Source: an uncultured Rhodospirillaceae bacterium (GTDB lineage Bacteria > Pseudomonadota > Alphaproteobacteria > CAAGCB01 > CAG-977). Taken from it: DNA of 64,000 nt. Under the pieces are notes generated by a model. The model did not search any database. It was not told where the DNA came from and saw nothing but the letters and a program-made list of their open reading frames with translations. This document shows, in pieces, positions 59,756 through 64,000 of the stretch. Made by a program: the position numbers and the translations under genes. The stretch lies in assembly GCA_900550445.1 (NCBI GenBank), contig URSF01000005.1, positions 16,601 through 80,600 of the forward strand, given 5' to 3'. Each line of letters begins with the position of its first letter. Position 1 is the first letter of the stretch.

Positions 59756-61351
59756 ATGAATTCGTGGTTGAAATACGGCGTATTATGCTGTGCCGTCCTC
59801 GGTTCTTCCCCGCTTTCGGCGGCGACAAGCGGCGTCGGTCTGACTTTTGAAGAATGGGTTGAAGAGTTCAGAAGAGAAGCCGTCGATAACGGTATTTCAG
59901 CCCAGTCGCTGGACCGCGCTTTTCAGTCTTTGCGCCTGGAACCCGCCGTCATTACAATGGATCGCAAACAGCCGGAATTTCGCAGAGATTTTCAATCCTA
60001 TATTGATAACGCCATTAACGCGCTGCGTATTAAAAAAGCGCAAAAGTTAATGAACGAACATGCCGATTTATTAAAGCAAATAGAGCAGAAATATAAAGTT
60101 CCGGCCAATTATCTGCTGGCGTTCTGGGGAATGGAAACGAATTTCGGAACGGCCAAAGGAACTTATCCGACGATTAATGTTCTGGCGACTCTTGCTTATG
60201 ATACGCGGCGGCCGGCTTTTTTCAGATCGGAACTGATGCACGGCGTTCATTTGATTCAGGACGGGCTTCCGGTTGATAAAATGACGGGATCATGGGCCGG
60301 AGCTGTCGGAAACTTTCAATTCATGCCGTCAACTTTCAGACATTTCGGGACGGATTATGACGGCGACGGGCAGGCGGATTTGTGGAACAGCCTGCCGGAC
60401 GCTTTGGCTTCGGCCGCCAATTATTTGTCCGCCGAAGGGTGGAACCCCGCAATCGGCTGGGGACGCGAAGTTCTGCTGCCGAAAAAATTTGACTGGAACC
60501 TGATCGAACAGAAAAAAACGTTGAAAGAATGGCAGAAAGAAGGAATCGTTTGGGCTGACAATTCTTCATTAAACGAGCCGCTATCCACGCCGGCGGAGCT
60601 GTTTTTGCCGGCGGGTATTCATGGCCCCGCATTCCTAACATATTCAAATTTCAGGGTTATTCTTAAATGGAATAAATCGGTTCTTTATGCCGTTTCGGTC
60701 GGACATTTGGCTGACAGAATTTTGCAAAAACCGCCTTTTTCGAAAAAATATTTCCAGCGCGGCCCGTCTTTTACTCTGGAAAACGCTCAAGAAGTACAAG
60801 AATTGCTGTCAAAGATGGGATTGTATCATGATGAAATCGACGGTGTTTTAGGACGCAAAAGTCGTGAAGCTGTTCGTAAATTTCAGGCTATGTACGGTCT
60901 GCCGGCCGACGGGTATGCCAACGCTTCTTTGTTGCATTTCATGCGGCTGGCTGTTCGGGGCGGAACAAAACGCAACAAACTGACGTTTGACGAAGTAGTT
61001 GAAATGCAGAAAATTTTGGCCAAAGGATCTTATTATATCGGGCCGATTGACGGTAAGTTGGGGCCGTCTACGTTAAAGGGAATTGAATTATACAAAAAAG
61101 TGTATGGCATTTCATCAGAATCTGTTAACCGGACGCTGTTGGAAAAAATGCGCGTTCAGTTTGCCAGAAATCTGGAAAACGGAGAAATTGATCCGCTGGT
61201 AAAGGAAAATATCCGTCTGGAAAAAGAACGGCAGAAAGCAATAAAAACCGCCGCGGCGAAAGCAAAGAAAAACAAAAAGAAAAAAAGGACCGTTCCCGCC
61301 GCAAAAATGGCTAAAAACGCCGTTTCCGACAAGAGGTTAAAAAAACGCTAA
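59756..61351 (+). CDS. mltB: Lytic murein transglycosylase (MltB/SLT_2 family) with two PG_binding_1 repeats
   Basis: 'FWGMETNFG' and 'GAVGNFQFMPSTF'. PG-binding repeats 'IDGVLGRKSREAVRKFQ' and 'IDGKLGPSTLKGIELYK'. Confidence 0.85.
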   Translation: MNSWLKYGVLCCAVLGSSPLSAATSGVGLTFEEWVEEFRREAVDNGISAQSLDRAFQSLRLEPAVITMDRKQPEFRRDFQSYIDNAINALRIKKAQKLMNEHADLLKQIEQKYKVPANYLLAFWGMETNFGTAKGTYPTINVLATLAYDTRRPAFFRSELMHGVHLIQDGLPVDKMTGSWAGAVGNFQFMPSTFRHFGTDYDGDGQADLWNSLPDALASAANYLSAEGWNPAIGWGREVLLPKKFDWNLIEQKKTLKEWQKEGIVWADNSSLNEPLSTPAELFLPAGIHGPAFLTYSNFRVILKWNKSVLYAVSVGHLADRILQKPPFSKKYFQRGPSFTLENAQEVQELLSKMGLYHDEIDGVLGRKSREAVRKFQAMYGLPADGYANASLLHFMRLAVRGGTKRNKLTFDEVVEMQKILAKGSYYIGPIDGKLGPSTLKGIELYKKVYGISSESVNRTLLEKMRVQFARNLENGEIDPLVKENIRLEKERQKAIKTAAAKAKKNKKKKRTVPAAKMAKNAVSDKRLKKR

Positions 61352-61434
61352 TGAAAACGCAAAAAAACAAAAGTATCTTTCTTGATTCCGGTACGTTAAC
61401 CCGTTATTCTGCGCTGTAGCGGAAAGGAGTAAAA

Positions 61435-62586
61435 ATGCATTCGTTTGTGAAAGTTCTTTTTTTATCGACAACATTGGCTCTGACAGCTTGTACGGATAAT
61501 TCTCAGGTTTTTTCATCTGCCGTTACCGGGGCACCGAAACCGGCCGCGGCAAATTCCGCAGGATATTATAAAATCGGAAACCCCTATCAGGTCGCGGGAT
61601 TATGGTATTATCCGAAAGAAGATTATAACTATAAAGAAATCGGTATTTCGTCCTGGTACGGGCCGGATTTTCATAACGGCATCACTGCAAACGGGGAACT
61701 GTATGATATGCATGGATTGACCGCCGCGCACAGAACGTTGCCTTTGCCCAGTATTGTCCGGGTAACCAATCTGCAGAACGGGCGGTCTTTGGTGCTGCGC
61801 GTCAACGACCGCGGGCCGTTCGTTAACAACCGCGTTATTGACGTGTCCATGCGCGCGGCTCAACTGCTGGGATTTAAAGATCAGGGCACGACGCAGGTTC
61901 AGGTGGAAATCATGCCTGAAGAAAGCAAAAAATTAAAAGAAGAACTTTTAGCGGCGGCAAACGGTAATAACCCGGTACAGGCCGGCGATGCTTCCGCGGC
62001 TTCTCTGGCCGGGGAGGAGTATACCAGGGAACCGATTGCAAAACCGCAGAATCTGGGATATTCCCCTAATTATCCGCGTCTGGCAAATCAGCCGCCGGTC
62101 GTAACAGGCGCCGGTACTCCGCTGATTGCGGCGTCTGCCGCAGGGCAGACAGGACCTGAATATAATGATTGGGACGAAGACATTCCGCAGGCTCAGGCCC
62201 GGAAGGCCGTCGACATGTCATTGAAACAACAGAAAAAGCCTGCTTCTTCTCCAAAACCGGCCGCGGCAAAAGCGTCTGTTAAAAAGCCTGCCGCACCGTC
62301 GGCGCCGGCAGTCGTCGCGCCGGGGTATTATGTGCAGGTCGGCGCTTTCGGCAGTTTGGAAAATGCGGAAAAAATGCGCAGCCGGGTATCTTCTTTCGGT
62401 CCGACGTTGATTTTACCGGTAACGGTTAACGCAAAAACGCTGTATCGTGTGCGTTTAGGCCCGGAAAGTGCCAAAAAGGCTTTGGAAATTATGGATAAAG
62501 TTACGGGCAGCGGTATTTCCGATGCTCGTCTGGTGGAAGAAAAAGGAACGCTTCCTGCCGGAAAACGGCTGGATAGCGCTTTTTAA
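61435..62586 (+). CDS. rlpA: Septal ring lytic transglycosylase RlpA (DPBB plus SPOR domains)
   Basis: Lipobox 'LALTAC'. 'SWYGPDFHNGITANGELYD...TAAHRTLPLPS.VRVTNL.NGRS..LRVNDRGPF'. C-terminal SPOR 'YYVQVGAF...YRVRLGP'. Confidence 0.9.
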   Translation: MHSFVKVLFLSTTLALTACTDNSQVFSSAVTGAPKPAAANSAGYYKIGNPYQVAGLWYYPKEDYNYKEIGISSWYGPDFHNGITANGELYDMHGLTAAHRTLPLPSIVRVTNLQNGRSLVLRVNDRGPFVNNRVIDVSMRAAQLLGFKDQGTTQVQVEIMPEESKKLKEELLAAANGNNPVQAGDASAASLAGEEYTREPIAKPQNLGYSPNYPRLANQPPVVTGAGTPLIAASAAGQTGPEYNDWDEDIPQAQARKAVDMSLKQQKKPASSPKPAAAKASVKKPAAPSAPAVVAPGYYVQVGAFGSLENAEKMRSRVSSFGPTLILPVTVNAKTLYRVRLGPESAKKALEIMDKVTGSGISDARLVEEKGTLPAGKRLDSAF

Positions 62587-62598
62587 AAGGATCCGACG

Positions 62599-63759
62599 AT
62601 GAAGAACCATACCTCTTTTTTATTCTTAACCGCTTTTATTTTCGGAAGCTTTTCTTTTTCGGCGCAAGCTATAGAAACAAAAGCTAAAAACGCCGTTTTA
62701 ATGGATTTTGATACGGGAACGTTTTTCTTTGAAAAAAAAGCCGATGAAAAAATGCCGCCGGCTTCAATGAGTAAACTGATGACGGCTTATATGATTTTTG
62801 AACGGCTGAAAAACGGGGCTTTATCTTTGGACGACGAATTTATCGTCAGTGAAAACGCCTGGCGCAAAGGCGGAGCAAAAACCGGCAGTTCGACAATGTT
62901 CTTGAATATCGGCGATAAAGTAAAATTAAGCGATTTGCTGCGCGGTATTATTGTTCAGTCAGGAAATGACGCCTGTATAACCGCCGCCGAAAATATTTCC
63001 GGATCGGAAAAGGAATTTGTGGAACAGGCCAATCAAAAAGCGGCCGAACTGGGATTGATCAACACGCATCTGGCTAATTCTACCGGCTGGCCTAACCCGG
63101 ACCATTACATGTCGCCGAAGGATCTGGCCATTTTATCTGCGCGGATTATTCGTGAATTTCCGGAATATTACAGTATTTATTCGGAAAAAGAGTTTACCTA
63201 TAACGGCATTAAGCAGGAAAACCGTAATCCGTTGCTGTTTTTAATGCCCGGAATGGCTGACGGGATAAAAACCGGCCATACTTCTGTTTCCGGTCATGGT
63301 TTGGTCGGTTCGGCCAAAAAAGGCGGCCGGCGGATTATTATGGTGATCAACGGTTTGAAAACCATGAAAGAACGCAGTGAAGAAGCGCAAAAGTTAATGC
63401 TGTGGGGATTCAGGGACTTTGATAATTATCCCGTTTTGAAAAAAGACGTGAAAGTCGTTAAAGTTCCCGTCTGGCTGGGAGATCAGCGCGCTGTTGCAGC
63501 TGTTCCCGCCGAAGATATTGTTTTGACATTGCAGAAAGGGAAGCAAAAAGAAGTTAAAGCGAGGGTCGTTTATGAAACGCCGTTAAGCGCTCCCGTGAAA
63601 AAAGGACAAAAAATCGCTTCTTTAACTTTGGAAATACCGGATCAGGAATCCAAATCCGTTGATTTGTTTGCGGCCAACGATGTCAAACGGCTGGGATATT
63701 TCGGCCGTTTAAAAGAACTGATCAAATATTTCTTGTTTCAAAATATTAGCCAGGGATAA
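62599..63759 (+). CDS. dacC: D-alanyl-D-alanine carboxypeptidase (PBP5/6 family, S11)
   Basis: 'PASMSKLMT' (SxxK), 'QSGND' (SxN) and 'KTGHT' (KTG). Confidence 0.9.
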   Translation: MKNHTSFLFLTAFIFGSFSFSAQAIETKAKNAVLMDFDTGTFFFEKKADEKMPPASMSKLMTAYMIFERLKNGALSLDDEFIVSENAWRKGGAKTGSSTMFLNIGDKVKLSDLLRGIIVQSGNDACITAAENISGSEKEFVEQANQKAAELGLINTHLANSTGWPNPDHYMSPKDLAILSARIIREFPEYYSIYSEKEFTYNGIKQENRNPLLFLMPGMADGIKTGHTSVSGHGLVGSAKKGGRRIIMVINGLKTMKERSEEAQKLMLWGFRDFDNYPVLKKDVKVVKVPVWLGDQRAVAAVPAEDIVLTLQKGKQKEVKARVVYETPLSAPVKKGQKIASLTLEIPDQESKSVDLFAANDVKRLGYFGRLKELIKYFLFQNISQG

Positions 63760-63764
63760 GCGAT

Positions 63765-64000
63765 GTGAAACCAAATTTTTTTATAACCTTTGAAGGCGGA
63801 GAGGGAACCGGCAAATCGACTCAAGCTCGTTTACTGGCCGATTTTTTGGAAGAACAGGGGGCTTCATGCCTTTTAACGCGTGAACCGGGCGGTTCTCCCG
63901 GTGCTGAGGAAATCAGAAATTTGGTTGTTAAAGGGGCTGTCGGACGCTGGGACGTCATGACAGAAGCTTTATTAATGTTTGCTGCCCGCCGGGATCATTT
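63765..64000 (+). CDS. tmk: Thymidylate kinase (3' end truncated by the window)
   Basis: GTG start. 'FITFEGGEGTGKSTQ' (P-loop) and 'TREPGG'. Confidence 0.9.
   Translation, partial: MKPNFFITFEGGEGTGKSTQARLLADFLEEQGASCLLTREPGGSPGAEEIRNLVVKGAVGRWDVMTEALLMFAARRDH

Overview
This 64-kb window is a densely coded bacterial chromosomal segment that looks alphaproteobacterial. Supporting signs are a CcrM-type adenine methyltransferase, a single Rsh/SpoT, a split pntAA/pntAB/pntB, and familiar gene blocks: argS-SPOR-nagZ-tatABC-serS-surE, and NYN-rpoZ-rsh-acpS-lepB-rnc-era-recO-parC. A third block is mltB-rlpA-dacC-tmk. The organism carries anaerobe-type genes, namely pyruvate:ferredoxin oxidoreductase (nifJ) and the [FeFe]-hydrogenase maturase HydF. 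It also carries host-association-type genes: an ankyrin-repeat protein, a secreted ADA2/ADGF-like adenosine deaminase and PagP. I found one tRNA (Ser-UGA). I saw no rRNA, CRISPR array, transposase or integrase. Small accessory insertions sit between the housekeeping blocks.

The best candidate for an undescribed system is at 39.4-42.9 kb. It is a tandemly duplicated two-gene cassette encoding a ~120-aa strongly acidic protein followed by a ~380-440-aa lysine-rich protein. The large protein has one hydrophobic segment, an internal 'LEMIEPP' repeat and a basic C-terminal tail. I cannot assign either protein to any family. An 8-9-mer (TTTGTCTA) in its intergenic promoter region recurs as an inverted repeat upstream of an insulated stand-alone HNH/EndoVII-like nuclease gene at 16.6-17.2 kb.

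Other items worth a second look:
- a hydF operon with three unknown partners, next to an 11-bp perfect palindrome
- a TolC-like protein with a C-terminal cadherin-like (He_PIG) domain
- an M50 peptidase ORF that reads in frame into tatA
- three tandem copies of a secreted HExxH module
- a terminator-containing structured leader RNA
- a tRNA-like remnant beside tRNA-Ser

All functional calls come from reading the translated ORFs for motifs. No database search was run.
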